Shown: positions 28,915-38,447 of the stretch, in pieces | Numbering within the stretch: the stretch's first letter is position 1 | How the letters are laid out: every line of letters begins with the position of its first letter | Sequence record: DRR378314_1513 | Direction: 5' to 3' (one strand) | DNA: 64,000 nucleotides | Position numbers and translations under genes: made by a program | The notes under the pieces: model-generated | Database searches by the model: none | What the model saw: only the letters and a program-made list of their open reading frames with translations | What the model was told of the DNA's origin: nothing

Positions 28915-30330
28915 TCAGCGCCCCTCCGTGTCATACTCCGCTTCGGCCAGATGACTTTCCCATCCAGATGCATATTTGCCGAGGTCTTCGGGAAGAGGCT
29001 CAACCCTCTCCAGAACGCCTTGCGGCTCCAGATCAGGATAGATCAGCCTGAGCGCCCCGAAGGAAACATCGTTCTGCACACTCGATACAAACACCTGACT
29101 ATCACCCCGCAAGGATGCCAGCCCACGCACGAAAACCTCAGCCCCTGCAAAACGCCCTTCCACCAGGACGGGCCCCGTTGAAGCAACCAGGTCAAGACAG
29201 GTATTCGTCATCAGAGCGGCATACAGACTGATGGCCGCCCCTCTGGCATCTGCCGTTCCGGGTTTTGAAATCCAGTGGCCTGAGCGCGTTGGATAAGGAC
29301 CAAATCCCGGCGCAAAACAGGGCATCAATTGCGCGCAAGACCTCATCACGTCCGGCACAGCGTCCATCAAACGCGCCTGATCCTGCCTCCGGTCCACTCG
29401 CTGCGCATCCGGCGCGACGAGTCGCTCAATCTCCCGCCCGCCCATGAAGCGTGCAGATGGGACTGGCCGGTTCCACGCATCCACATTGACGAGGCAATCT
29501 CTTTCATCAGACAAAGCGGGCAAGTCAGCAGACTTTTCCGGTCGCCGCATCGTTACGAACCATGTACCCGTTGAAACGATGCTCATCTCGTCTTCAGCGA
29601 ACTGAGGGAAGCCCATCGCCGCCACGAGCGCCGCATTCGAATCGTGCAGTCCGCAATGAATGACAGCGTTTGGACTCAATCCGGTCCTATGGGCGAGGTT
29701 GCCGCGCAATTGTCCAATGGGCTCTCCAGCGAAGGCGACTGGCGCAAAACGCTGCGCCCAGCCTAACCGCTTCGCCATGGGTGAAAAGTCCCGTTCCATC
29801 GGCGCCCATAAATCCGTGTGGCAGCCCAGGCTGGTGCCTTCCGAGCGCATTTCCCCTGACAGAAACCATGCCCAGTGTTGCGCCCACGGCATGATTGTCG
29901 CGTGATCCAGGACCGCATCATTCTCCTGCACCGCCCAGTATAGTTGCGCCCCCGCATTCAAACCGTCGGCCAGAAAGGGCGAACCAGTAATTTCGAACGG
30001 GTCCCTCTCCGCCGCGTAGCCACGCCGAACATCGTCCGGAATGGGGACTTCGTAATCGAGCGGCGGGATAAGATGTCGGCCAGAATTCACCACGACAAGT
30101 CCTGCCCCGTGCGCGACCGGGATGATGTGGGCGACTTCTGCGAGAGGCGCGAATTTCTTGAGCGTGAAAATCAGCCATTCGGAGATGCCATCAACGTCCA
30201 GCGTGGCGCGCCCATTTGAACTCACACGCTCATTCGCCCGGGTCTCCCGCGCCAGGATATCTCCGTCAGGAGACCAAAGACTGAGCTTGCTGACCGTCTT
30301 GCCGACGTCGAGCACGATGACGGCACTCAT
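28915..30330 (-). CDS. rhaK: FGGY-family carbohydrate kinase, probable L-rhamnulokinase (RhaK type)
   Basis: VLDVGKT, PVAHGA, LNAGAQL, TSLGCHTDLW, GLHDSNA, STGTW, PSARFMGGRE. Divergent from the rhamnose genes. Confidence 0.8.
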   Translation of the reverse strand: MSAVIVLDVGKTVSKLSLWSPDGDILARETRANERVSSNGRATLDVDGISEWLIFTLKKFAPLAEVAHIIPVAHGAGLVVVNSGRHLIPPLDYEVPIPDDVRRGYAAERDPFEITGSPFLADGLNAGAQLYWAVQENDAVLDHATIMPWAQHWAWFLSGEMRSEGTSLGCHTDLWAPMERDFSPMAKRLGWAQRFAPVAFAGEPIGQLRGNLAHRTGLSPNAVIHCGLHDSNAALVAAMGFPQFAEDEMSIVSTGTWFVTMRRPEKSADLPALSDERDCLVNVDAWNRPVPSARFMGGREIERLVAPDAQRVDRRQDQARLMDAVPDVMRSCAQLMPCFAPGFGPYPTRSGHWISKPGTADARGAAISLYAALMTNTCLDLVASTGPVLVEGRFAGAEVFVRGLASLRGDSQVFVSSVQNDVSFGALRLIYPDLEPQGVLERVEPLPEDLGKYASGWESHLAEAEYDTEGR

Positions 30331-30356
30331 TCGGATACTCCAACAATTGATTCCAC

Positions 30357-30372
30357 AATAATGATCATTATT
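30357..30372. promoter_or_regulatory. Perfect 16-bp palindrome in the rhaK/rhaD divergent promoter (candidate DeoR/RhaR operator)
   Basis: AATAATGATCATTATT, flanked by TGATT repeats. Confidence 0.55.
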
Positions 30373-30441
30373 AAGCGAAAATGATTGAATTTGGCAATTT
30401 GAAATGCTAGCGAGCCGAAAGATGTCGTTTGGAGGCCCCAC

Positions 30442-32547
30442 ATGTCCACTGATACCGAAGCTCTCGCCCGCTCCGCCACAAAGTTCGCCGTTCCCGAAAG
30501 CCTGTGGAACGACGATGTGGCCGCTGATTTGTCCCCTCCTGAGCTGCTCTTGTATCGATCCAACCTGCTGGGATCGGATCTCACCGTAACGAACTTTGGC
30601 GGTGGCAACACATCGGCGAAACTTGAAGGTGTTGATCCGCTAACGGGTGAGACTGTTGACGTCTTGTGGGTGAAAGGGTCCGGTGGCGACATCGGTTCCA
30701 TGAAAATCGACGGCTTCGCCACGCTCTACCAATCCAGACTGCTTGAACTGGAAAAGCATTATTCCGGCCCCGAAGATGACGACAAGATGGTCGGCTATCT
30801 TCCGCACTGCACATATAATCTGAACACCCGCGCGGCCTCCATCGACACACCGCTCCATTCGCTTCTGCCCTTTGCGCATATTGATCACGTCCACCCGGAC
30901 GCCATCATCGCGCTGGCGGCATCTTCAGAAGGCGAAGCCGCCACGCAGGAAATATGGAAAGGCAAGATCGGCTGGCTTCCATGGAAACGGCCGGGCTTCA
31001 CGCTGGGCGTCATGATCCGGGACTATGTAAAACAGAACCCTGACGTTCAGGGCGTCATGCTGGCCGGTCACGGCATCATCTGCTGGGCGGATACCGCCAA
31101 GGATTGCTATGAGCACACAATCCAGCTGATTGCAGACGCGGCGAGTTACCTGAATGAGAAACTCGGAGATGCGCCCGCATTCGGTGGCGAGATCGTGGCG
31201 CCAAATCCGGAGCGGCGCGCCATAGCCGCTGCCCTGATGCCGAAACTGCGCGCGCTGATGACCGGGGACCGGCCGAAACTTGCCCATTATTCCGACGATG
31301 CAGAAACACTGGAATTTGTTGGGTCAGCCGATTTCGAACGACTTGCCCGCCTTGGTACATCGTGTCCGGATCACTTCCTGCGCACCAAGATCGCACCACT
31401 CACGCTCGATCCCGAACGTTTGAACGATCAGGCCTACCTGCAATCCTCCCTGGAAGACTACCGCGCAGGATATGCCGGATATTACCAACGCTGCGCGGGC
31501 CCGAATGACCCTGCCATGCGCGATGCCAACCCTGTCGTGGTCCTTGTTCCGGGCGTTGGTCGGATCACCTTCGCCGCAAACAAGGCCACCGCCAGGATCG
31601 CCGGCGAGTTCTACGGAAACGCTATCAATGTCATGCGCGGCGCTGAAGCCATCGGCGCATATGTCGCGCTGGATGAACAAGAGGCATTCAACATCGAATA
31701 TTGGGCACTGGAGGAAGCAAAACTGCAGCGCATGCCAAAGCCAAAACCATTGGTCGGCAAGATTGCAGTTGTCACCGGAGGCGCTGGCGGAATTGGCGCC
31801 GCGACCGCTGCGCGCCTGATGCGCGAAGGCGCTTGCGTGATGTTGCTTGATCGCGATGAAGCTGCGCTGGACGCAGCGGCGGCTGGATTCCAGAGCGAAT
31901 TCGGCAAGGATGTCGTCAGAACCGCAGTCTGCGACGTGACCGACGAAGCCGCCGTTGCTGCGGCATTCAAGTCGTGCGCGGTCGAGTTCGGGGGCTGCGA
32001 TATCTTCGTCGCGAACGCTGGAATTGCCTCGTCTGCGCCATTCGAAGAAACCACGTCCGCAATGTGGAAAAAGAACTTTGACGTATTGGCTGAAGGCTAT
32101 TTCCTGACCGCGCGTTCAGCCTTCACGCTGATGAAGCAACAGGGCGAAGGCTCAATGGTCTTTATTGGTTCGAAGAATGGCGTGGCCGCCGCAAATGGCG
32201 CCGCCGCCTATGCCTCTGCCAAGGCTGCAGCGAACCACCTCGCCCGCTGCCTCGCCCTGGAAGGCGCCGCGCACGGCATCCGCGTGAACACGGTGAACCC
32301 GGACGCTGTAATCAAGGGGTCTCGTATCTGGGATGGCGACTGGCGCAAGGAACGCGCCAGCGCACATGGCATTGATACGGGCAAGGAACTGGAAGAGCAC
32401 TATAGGCTACGCTCAATGCTGAAGCGGGATGTGTTGCCTGCTGACGTTGCCGAGGCAGTGTACTTTTTCGCCAGCGACATGTCTGCCAAATCGACTGGAA
32501 ACATGCTCAATGTAGATGCTGGCAACGCACAAGCCTTCACGCGCTAA
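30442..32547 (+). CDS. rhaD: Bifunctional rhamnulose-1-phosphate aldolase / short-chain dehydrogenase (RhaEW type)
   Basis: YRSNLLGSD-TNFGGGNTSAK, SIDTPLH, DHVHPD, GTSCPDHFLRTK, IEYWALEEAKL, then SDR motifs TGGAGGIG, YASAK and NVDAG. Confidence 0.93.
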   Translation: MSTDTEALARSATKFAVPESLWNDDVAADLSPPELLLYRSNLLGSDLTVTNFGGGNTSAKLEGVDPLTGETVDVLWVKGSGGDIGSMKIDGFATLYQSRLLELEKHYSGPEDDDKMVGYLPHCTYNLNTRAASIDTPLHSLLPFAHIDHVHPDAIIALAASSEGEAATQEIWKGKIGWLPWKRPGFTLGVMIRDYVKQNPDVQGVMLAGHGIICWADTAKDCYEHTIQLIADAASYLNEKLGDAPAFGGEIVAPNPERRAIAAALMPKLRALMTGDRPKLAHYSDDAETLEFVGSADFERLARLGTSCPDHFLRTKIAPLTLDPERLNDQAYLQSSLEDYRAGYAGYYQRCAGPNDPAMRDANPVVVLVPGVGRITFAANKATARIAGEFYGNAINVMRGAEAIGAYVALDEQEAFNIEYWALEEAKLQRMPKPKPLVGKIAVVTGGAGGIGAATAARLMREGACVMLLDRDEAALDAAAAGFQSEFGKDVVRTAVCDVTDEAAVAAAFKSCAVEFGGCDIFVANAGIASSAPFEETTSAMWKKNFDVLAEGYFLTARSAFTLMKQQGEGSMVFIGSKNGVAAANGAAAYASAKAAANHLARCLALEGAAHGIRVNTVNPDAVIKGSRIWDGDWRKERASAHGIDTGKELEEHYRLRSMLKRDVLPADVAEAVYFFASDMSAKSTGNMLNVDAGNAQAFTR

Positions 32548-32562
32548 ACGGGAGCAGCCTCT

Positions 32563-33855
32563 ATGACACATCTTCCCATTTCCGCGGACCTGATCGCCGA
32601 GCAGAATGACAAACGCCTCGAAGCTGTCGAGGAAGACTACGCCGCCTTGTCACGAAAACTGTCGCGCAACGGCATCAACATCAGCGACGTACGCCAGAAA
32701 GTGTCTGATTTCAGCGTCGCGGTTCCAAGTTGGGGCACCGGCCGCGGCGGCACCCGGTTCGCGAAATTTCCGATCCCCGGAGAGCCGACCAATATTCACG
32801 AGAAACTGGAAGACTGCGCGGTCATCAATCAGCTGTCGCAGGCGACTCCGCGCGTCAGTCCTCATTTCCCGTGGGACAAGGTCGAAGACTATTCCGCCCT
32901 GCGCCGCGACGCCGAAGCCCTCGGGCTGGGCTTCGATGCGATCAACTCCAACACATTTCAGGATCAGCCGGGCCAGTCACATTCATACGCCAACGGATCA
33001 CTCGCATCGACGGACGCGGCCACCCGCGCACAAGCCGTTGCCCACAACATCGAGTGTATCGAAATCGGAAAGAAACTTGGCGCGACAGACCTGACCGTCT
33101 GGGTTGGCGACGGAACCAACTTTCCAGGCCAGCAGGATTTGGGACGGTCGCTTGACCGGTATCTGGACGCGGCGGCAGAGATCTACGCTGCCCTGCCGGA
33201 TGATTGGCGCATGCTGCTTGAACACAAGATGTTCGAACCGGCTTTCTATTCTTCCGTCATCTCCGACTGGGGCTCATCCATCCTGGCCGCCCAGACGCTT
33301 GGCGAGAAATGCAAATGCCTTATCGATCTTGGTCACCATGCGCCGAACGTGAACATCGAACAAATCGTTGCGCGCCTCCACCGCTTCGACAAGCTCGGCG
33401 GATTTCACTTCAATGATAGCAAGTATGGCGATGATGATCTTGATTCCGGATCAATCAATCCGCACCAATTGTTCCTTGTGTTCAACGAACTCGTCGAAGC
33501 CGAACGCAATCCACGCGGCGGTTTCAGCCCGTCCTACATGATCGACCAGTCGCACAACGTGACTGACCCGATCGAGTCCATGATGTCGTCGGCTGACGCC
33601 ATTGTGACGGCGTATTCGAAAGCCCTGCTTGTAGACCGAGACGCATTGCACGCAGCGCAGGAAACGAATGATGTCATGCTGGCCTTCCAGACGCTAAGGG
33701 ACGCCTACAAGACGGACGTGTCCCCGCTTCTCGCGGCCGTGCGGGCAGACAAGGGCGGCGCAATCGACATGATCGCCACCTATCGCGCGAGCCAATACCG
33801 TGAACGAAAGAGCCAGGAACGCGCCGCGGTCGGGCTTGGCGCTGGAATTGTCTGA
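32563..33855 (+). CDS. rhaI: L-rhamnose isomerase (xylose-isomerase-like RhaI type)
   Basis: PSWGTGRGGTRF, HFPWD, NSNTFQDQ, EHKMFEP, DLGHHAP, FHFNDSKYGDDDL, MIDQSHN. Confidence 0.92.
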   Translation: MTHLPISADLIAEQNDKRLEAVEEDYAALSRKLSRNGINISDVRQKVSDFSVAVPSWGTGRGGTRFAKFPIPGEPTNIHEKLEDCAVINQLSQATPRVSPHFPWDKVEDYSALRRDAEALGLGFDAINSNTFQDQPGQSHSYANGSLASTDAATRAQAVAHNIECIEIGKKLGATDLTVWVGDGTNFPGQQDLGRSLDRYLDAAAEIYAALPDDWRMLLEHKMFEPAFYSSVISDWGSSILAAQTLGEKCKCLIDLGHHAPNVNIEQIVARLHRFDKLGGFHFNDSKYGDDDLDSGSINPHQLFLVFNELVEAERNPRGGFSPSYMIDQSHNVTDPIESMMSSADAIVTAYSKALLVDRDALHAAQETNDVMLAFQTLRDAYKTDVSPLLAAVRADKGGAIDMIATYRASQYRERKSQERAAVGLGAGIV

Positions 33856-33900
33856 TCGAAATTGATTGATTCTTAGCGTTCGTCGTCCAAAATACCGCTC

Positions 33901-34689
33901 ATGCATGCGACACAACGTGAATCGATCATTCTGGACCTGCTGGCGGAGCACGGCTTCGTCAGCTTTCGGGACATAGAAGCAAAGCTGGACGGATCACCGG
34001 CCACGATCCGGCGCGACCTTGAGCGACTGGACGAGGAAGGCAAGATCATCCGCGTTCGCGGCGGGGCAAAATCTGTTTCGTCTAGCGACCGTCAGGCGAA
34101 AGCGGATCTGAAACTGTTCGGCACGCCATTTCATGAGAATGTCGTTCTGAACACCCAGCAGAAAAAAGCCATTGGCCAGGCCGCAGCGCATTTATGCAAT
34201 GCGGGCGAAGGCATCATGATCGATGGCGGGTCAACCACATTACAGATGTGTCCATTCCTTGAGGGGCTCAATTTGCAGGTGCTGACCAATTCTCTTCACA
34301 TCGTCCAGGCTCTGGGCGGCCAGCCCGGCACACGCGTGCTGATACCGGGCGGGGCGGTGTTTCCGGAACAGAACATTGTGCTGCCCTTGTTCGGTGAAGA
34401 CCTCACTCCCGCTTTCCACGCTCCCAAATTGTTCATGGGCGCCGCCGCTCTCAGCGCGCGAGGCCTGATGCAGGATGATGTGGTTCTGGTCGCCAGCGAG
34501 CGCCGCTTCATGGAGCGAGCAGAAGAGGTGATCGTGCTCGCCGATGCATCCAAATTCGAAAGCTCGTCAGGCAATGTCGTATGCCCACTGAATGAAATCG
34601 ATGTGCTCGTCACAGACGCACGACTTGGCGACAAGGATGCCAGCACCATCGAAGCAGCTGGCATCCGGCTGATCATCGCCGACGCCTGA
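33901..34689 (+). CDS. DeoR/GlpR family regulator of rhamnose catabolism
   Basis: SPATIRRDL-RVRGGA, IDGGSTT, VLTNS, LADASKF. Confidence 0.9.
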   Translation: MHATQRESIILDLLAEHGFVSFRDIEAKLDGSPATIRRDLERLDEEGKIIRVRGGAKSVSSSDRQAKADLKLFGTPFHENVVLNTQQKKAIGQAAAHLCNAGEGIMIDGGSTTLQMCPFLEGLNLQVLTNSLHIVQALGGQPGTRVLIPGGAVFPEQNIVLPLFGEDLTPAFHAPKLFMGAAALSARGLMQDDVVLVASERRFMERAEEVIVLADASKFESSSGNVVCPLNEIDVLVTDARLGDKDASTIEAAGIRLIIADA

Positions 34690-34714
34690 CAAAGACAAAT
34701 TCGGAATCCGGACC

Positions 34715-35062
34715 CTAATGCCGAAGCATGAAGCGCCGCCCCACCTGTGCCAGGCAGAACAGTGCGAGCGCGATAGCAACCAGGAAACTGGTCGTCAGCA
34801 AGACCCTTTGAAACAAGTCTTGCCCACCTGGGCTGAAGCCGACAAGCGCAGGGCCGATCCCCATTCCGGCGAACGCCAGAACCGGTAGTAATGATGTCAC
34901 CCGGTCGGTGAGATCCACTTCCGCCACGGCGCCCATCATCAAGGGCAAACCACCTCCCCAAGCGAAGAGAAACAGGCAGCTGGCCACGTAGAAAATGCCG
35001 AGGCTCATATCTTGCGAAAACAGCGCAACGCTGACGAACATCAAAACACACACGGCCGTCAC
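34715..35062 (-). pseudogene. Truncated MFS transporter remnant (last ~4 TM helices)
   Basis: 115 aa, almost entirely hydrophobic. MMGAVAEVD...GMGIGPALVG resembles an MFS C-terminus. GTGA overlap with the TetR stop. Confidence 0.55.
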
Positions 35063-35724
35063 TGGCCCGATGCGTCTGACTCTCGATACTGGAAGAAGAG
35101 ATTGATCACAGACTCTATGTGAGCGTCGACCAGTTCAGGTGCCTGCACGTCCACATCGAACAATGCCTGCGACTCCTTGGCCAGGACATAGGGCATCTGG
35201 CAGATCGACGAGACGATGTAGACCAATGACAGCGGGTGCATCTTTGGCATTTGCTGAATGTTGCCCGCTGTCGCCATCTGTCGCTCCACGAGGTCGCGCC
35301 GCGGGGTGAGGAAGTTCTCGACAATCCAGTTGAGTCGTTCCCCGCCGCGCATGGCTTCGGAGATCATGATCCGGGCATGCTCCGGATGGGCAGCGCAGTG
35401 GCGAATATAGCGCCGCAGGAAATCCTTGTACCCCTCGACACCGCCAGATGGCTCGCCATCAGAGTCGTCAAGCGCCAGCGCCTGATCGAGCATCTCGAAC
35501 ATGTCCCGAACCGCCTCTCGCCAGAGCTGTTCTTTCGTGCCGAAATGGTATCGGATCATTGAATGCCGAGTGCCAGCTGCCGCAGCTATGTCGCGGACAT
35601 TCGCCGCCTCGAACCCTTCCTGCGCGAAAGCAATACGCGCCTCATGAAGGATACGGGCCCGCTTCTTTTCGGACCGGTCCTGAACCGGAGTGCGGTGCTT
35701 TCGGGTCTCGGCGGTCTGGCTCAA
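35059..35724 (-). CDS. TetR/AcrR family regulator
   Basis: ARIAFAQEGFEAANVRDIAAAAG--HSMIRYHFGTKEQLW. Start codon uncertain (TTG assumed). Confidence 0.88.
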   Translation of the reverse strand: MSQTAETRKHRTPVQDRSEKKRARILHEARIAFAQEGFEAANVRDIAAAAGTRHSMIRYHFGTKEQLWREAVRDMFEMLDQALALDDSDGEPSGGVEGYKDFLRRYIRHCAAHPEHARIMISEAMRGGERLNWIVENFLTPRRDLVERQMATAGNIQQMPKMHPLSLVYIVSSICQMPYVLAKESQALFDVDVQAPELVDAHIESVINLFFQYRESDASGQ

Positions 35725-35845
35725 TTCAGTCTTCTTCAAAAAGGTTATTGCTACCGCGCCGACCCTAGAAGATCGCCGCACGGGGTCAACGCACACGCCC
35801 CCCCGCGACGAGGCAGCGGGCCGATGGCGATTGGACACAAAATAC

Positions 35846-35889
35846 GTCCAAACGGACTAATTTTCAATTGACAAATAGTCCAATTGGAC
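35846..35889. promoter_or_regulatory. Two candidate TetR operators flanking a TTGACA -35 element
   Basis: GTCCAAACGGAC (35846-35857), TTGACA (35868-35873), GTCCAATTGGAC (35878-35889). Confidence 0.65.
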
Positions 35890-35937
35890 GACTTTTGGCG
35901 CACCAACGCTCTTCATCAAAGAATCCGGCAGGTCTGC

Positions 35938-38352
35938 ATGTTGCTCAAAAGATTGAAATGGCCCCTCAGAATATTGGCTGGCCTGATCGCCCTCGTGGTT
36001 CTTCTCGCCATTGTCGCCTATTTCAATCGGGTTCGCATTCTCGTCGCGCTGATGAAGAATGACGCCTTTGTGGAATGGGCCGGAACGTTTGAACCGGGCG
36101 AGAATTACACCGCCAGCCTGCAAGGCTCTTATCCGGTGGCCGCCTGCCAGAACAGTCATGTGGACTTTGGTGAAGCCGTACGCAGAACGGTCTCGCTAGA
36201 TGGGGTCTGGGACGTGGAGGAAGGCCCGCTTTCAGACACCGCGCCCGAAGCTTTTGCTCATCGCGCCCCCGTCCCCGGATTGATCACCGAGGCCACGCCC
36301 TCATTCAGCGAGATAGGCAAAAAGAGCAAACAACGCGACGTGTTCTGGTATCGCACACGATTCAACGCGCCGAACACTCCGTCTGCACAAGCTCATATCT
36401 GCCTGCACAAGGCGGCCTATGGCGTCAAAGTCTGGCTGAACGGTCAAGAGCTGGGCGAGCATTTCGGACCGTTTACCCTGTCAGAGTACGACGCCAGCAC
36501 GGCCATCAAATACGGCGGCGAAAATGAACTCATCGTCCGGCTCGGCGCAGACCGAAGCCAGTTGCCCGACTTTGTTCCCGCTGGCGACGATGATGAGGTC
36601 GCGCGGTGGTATCCAGGGCTTTGGGATAGTGTCAGTCTTGTCATGACCGGAGATGCGTCCATTGCAAATGTGAAGGTCGAAACAGATGTCGACACAGGTC
36701 AGGTGACGGTCATTACGGAGCTTCACAATTCGTCCGATACCGCCCTTGGCGCCCGCGTGTCCCAGTCCGCCGCGTCCTGGCCGGTCTCGCAGGAATTCGT
36801 GCCACAAATATCTGACGAGGTTACATTGGCACCGGGTAGCAATACGAGCCTGACCCAGACCTTCACGATAGAAGACGCCAAGCTGTGGAGCCCGGAGACG
36901 CCCCATCTGTACCTGGTGTCGAGCAGAGTTGAAACCGCAAACGCTGATGGCGAATGGGTCGCCACCGACGATCGCGCCACACGTTTCGGGATGAGAAAAT
37001 CCGAGTGGCGTAGCGGAGACGATAAGGGCTTCTATCTGAACAATCGAAAATACTATTTGCGCGGGACGAATGTCGCACTGCACCGTTTCTTCGGCGATGC
37101 GGAACGTCAAACCCTTCCGTGGAAAGAGGACTGGGTTCGGGAACTTCTCTCTGGTCATCCCAAGGACTTCCACTGGAACTCGATCCGAACCCACAATGGC
37201 CGGGTACCGAACTTCTGGTACGACATTGCTGATGAGGTCGGCCTGATCATTGCCGATGAGTACAGCTTCTGGTCTGTCGCGCGTGGAACGGAGTCTGCGG
37301 ACTGGTCAATTGTCGAGCTTGAGAAAGAGTTTCGGGGTTGGGTGCGGGAAAGCTGGAACCATCCTTCCATTGGTTGGTGGGATGCGGCCAACGAAAATAA
37401 TAATCCAATGTCGACCGAGGTGATCGCGCGGGTTCGCTCGATTGATCCGAGGCGGCAATGGGAGAATGGTGGCTACCAGCGCCCCGAAGGCCCGAATGAC
37501 CCTATCGAAGAACATCCGTACAAGCTGAATTCCGGCGGGGCGCTGAACCTCAATGACCGTGCCTATACACTTGATGACTTTTCAACCATGGACGGCCAGC
37601 CGCCACAGGCCGTTTGGGGCCTGTTCGCCACTTATGCTGACGCGCCAGAGCACCCCTTCATCAATAATGAGTATGCTTTTCTCTGGATCACGCAGCTCGG
37701 TCGCCCGACACCCTTGGCACAGAGTGCATTCGACACGATGACAGGCGGACTGGATCTGTCACCGGACGAGTACCGGGAAGCCTACGCCTATGTCACATCT
37801 GAATTGACGGCCTATTGGCGGGCCATGCGCGGCTATGCAGGTGTCCAGCATTTTGTGTATTTGTCGAAATGCAATGATGAGGACCTGCTGCCGGATACGT
37901 GGGAAATTCGCACAACCAGCGCGACATGCGACAGCTTCCTGGACGTCACCAATCTTGAACTCGAACCACGCTGGGAACGCTATGCGAAAGATGCCTTCGC
38001 GCCTCAGCTTGTGTATTTGAAGGAATGGCGTGACCAAGCCTATCCGCGCGGGAAAGACGTCGACGTGCCGCTTATCCTCATCAATGATGATTATGAGGCG
38101 GTCGCCGGAAATGTTCGCCTATACGTCACCGATGCTGCCGGGAACGTCTCGTCTTCAGATCTCCTTCCCGTCACCATCCCGCCTCTGGGCCGGGTAGAGC
38201 TGAACGCGCCGCTGAACATTCCGGACCTGGACGCCTTTACGGTTTATGCCGAACTCAGCTCGCAGACGGAGGCTTTCGCTCCAGTCTGGAGCCGGCGGAA
38301 AATCGGTTTTGAGCATCCCGGTGTGCAGATACAAGATCCTCCCTTTGAATAG
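35938..38352 (+). CDS. Glycoside hydrolase family 2 with N-terminal membrane anchor/signal
   Basis: SLDGVW, WYRTRF, VWLNG, LWSPETPHLY, RFGMR, FYLNN--YLRG-N, YDIADEVG, NHPSI-WW---NE (acid/base), NNEY (nucleophile). Confidence 0.87.
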   Translation: MLLKRLKWPLRILAGLIALVVLLAIVAYFNRVRILVALMKNDAFVEWAGTFEPGENYTASLQGSYPVAACQNSHVDFGEAVRRTVSLDGVWDVEEGPLSDTAPEAFAHRAPVPGLITEATPSFSEIGKKSKQRDVFWYRTRFNAPNTPSAQAHICLHKAAYGVKVWLNGQELGEHFGPFTLSEYDASTAIKYGGENELIVRLGADRSQLPDFVPAGDDDEVARWYPGLWDSVSLVMTGDASIANVKVETDVDTGQVTVITELHNSSDTALGARVSQSAASWPVSQEFVPQISDEVTLAPGSNTSLTQTFTIEDAKLWSPETPHLYLVSSRVETANADGEWVATDDRATRFGMRKSEWRSGDDKGFYLNNRKYYLRGTNVALHRFFGDAERQTLPWKEDWVRELLSGHPKDFHWNSIRTHNGRVPNFWYDIADEVGLIIADEYSFWSVARGTESADWSIVELEKEFRGWVRESWNHPSIGWWDAANENNNPMSTEVIARVRSIDPRRQWENGGYQRPEGPNDPIEEHPYKLNSGGALNLNDRAYTLDDFSTMDGQPPQAVWGLFATYADAPEHPFINNEYAFLWITQLGRPTPLAQSAFDTMTGGLDLSPDEYREAYAYVTSELTAYWRAMRGYAGVQHFVYLSKCNDEDLLPDTWEIRTTSATCDSFLDVTNLELEPRWERYAKDAFAPQLVYLKEWRDQAYPRGKDVDVPLILINDDYEAVAGNVRLYVTDAAGNVSSSDLLPVTIPPLGRVELNAPLNIPDLDAFTVYAELSSQTEAFAPVWSRRKIGFEHPGVQIQDPPFE

Positions 38353-38387
38353 GAACTCACCCGGCAGGATTCCGGTCTCTGGCCCAT

Positions 38388-38421
38388 AAAAAAAGAAGCC
38401 CAGCCAAACTGGCTGGGCTTT
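38388..38421 (-). terminator. Intrinsic terminator of the aceBA operon (possibly bidirectional)
   Basis: AAGCCCAGCCA-aac-TGGCTGGGCTT stem with an A7 tract on the left (U-tract on the minus strand). Confidence 0.85.
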
Positions 38422-38447
38422 AGGTCCGTTTGAAAAGTTCAGGATGA

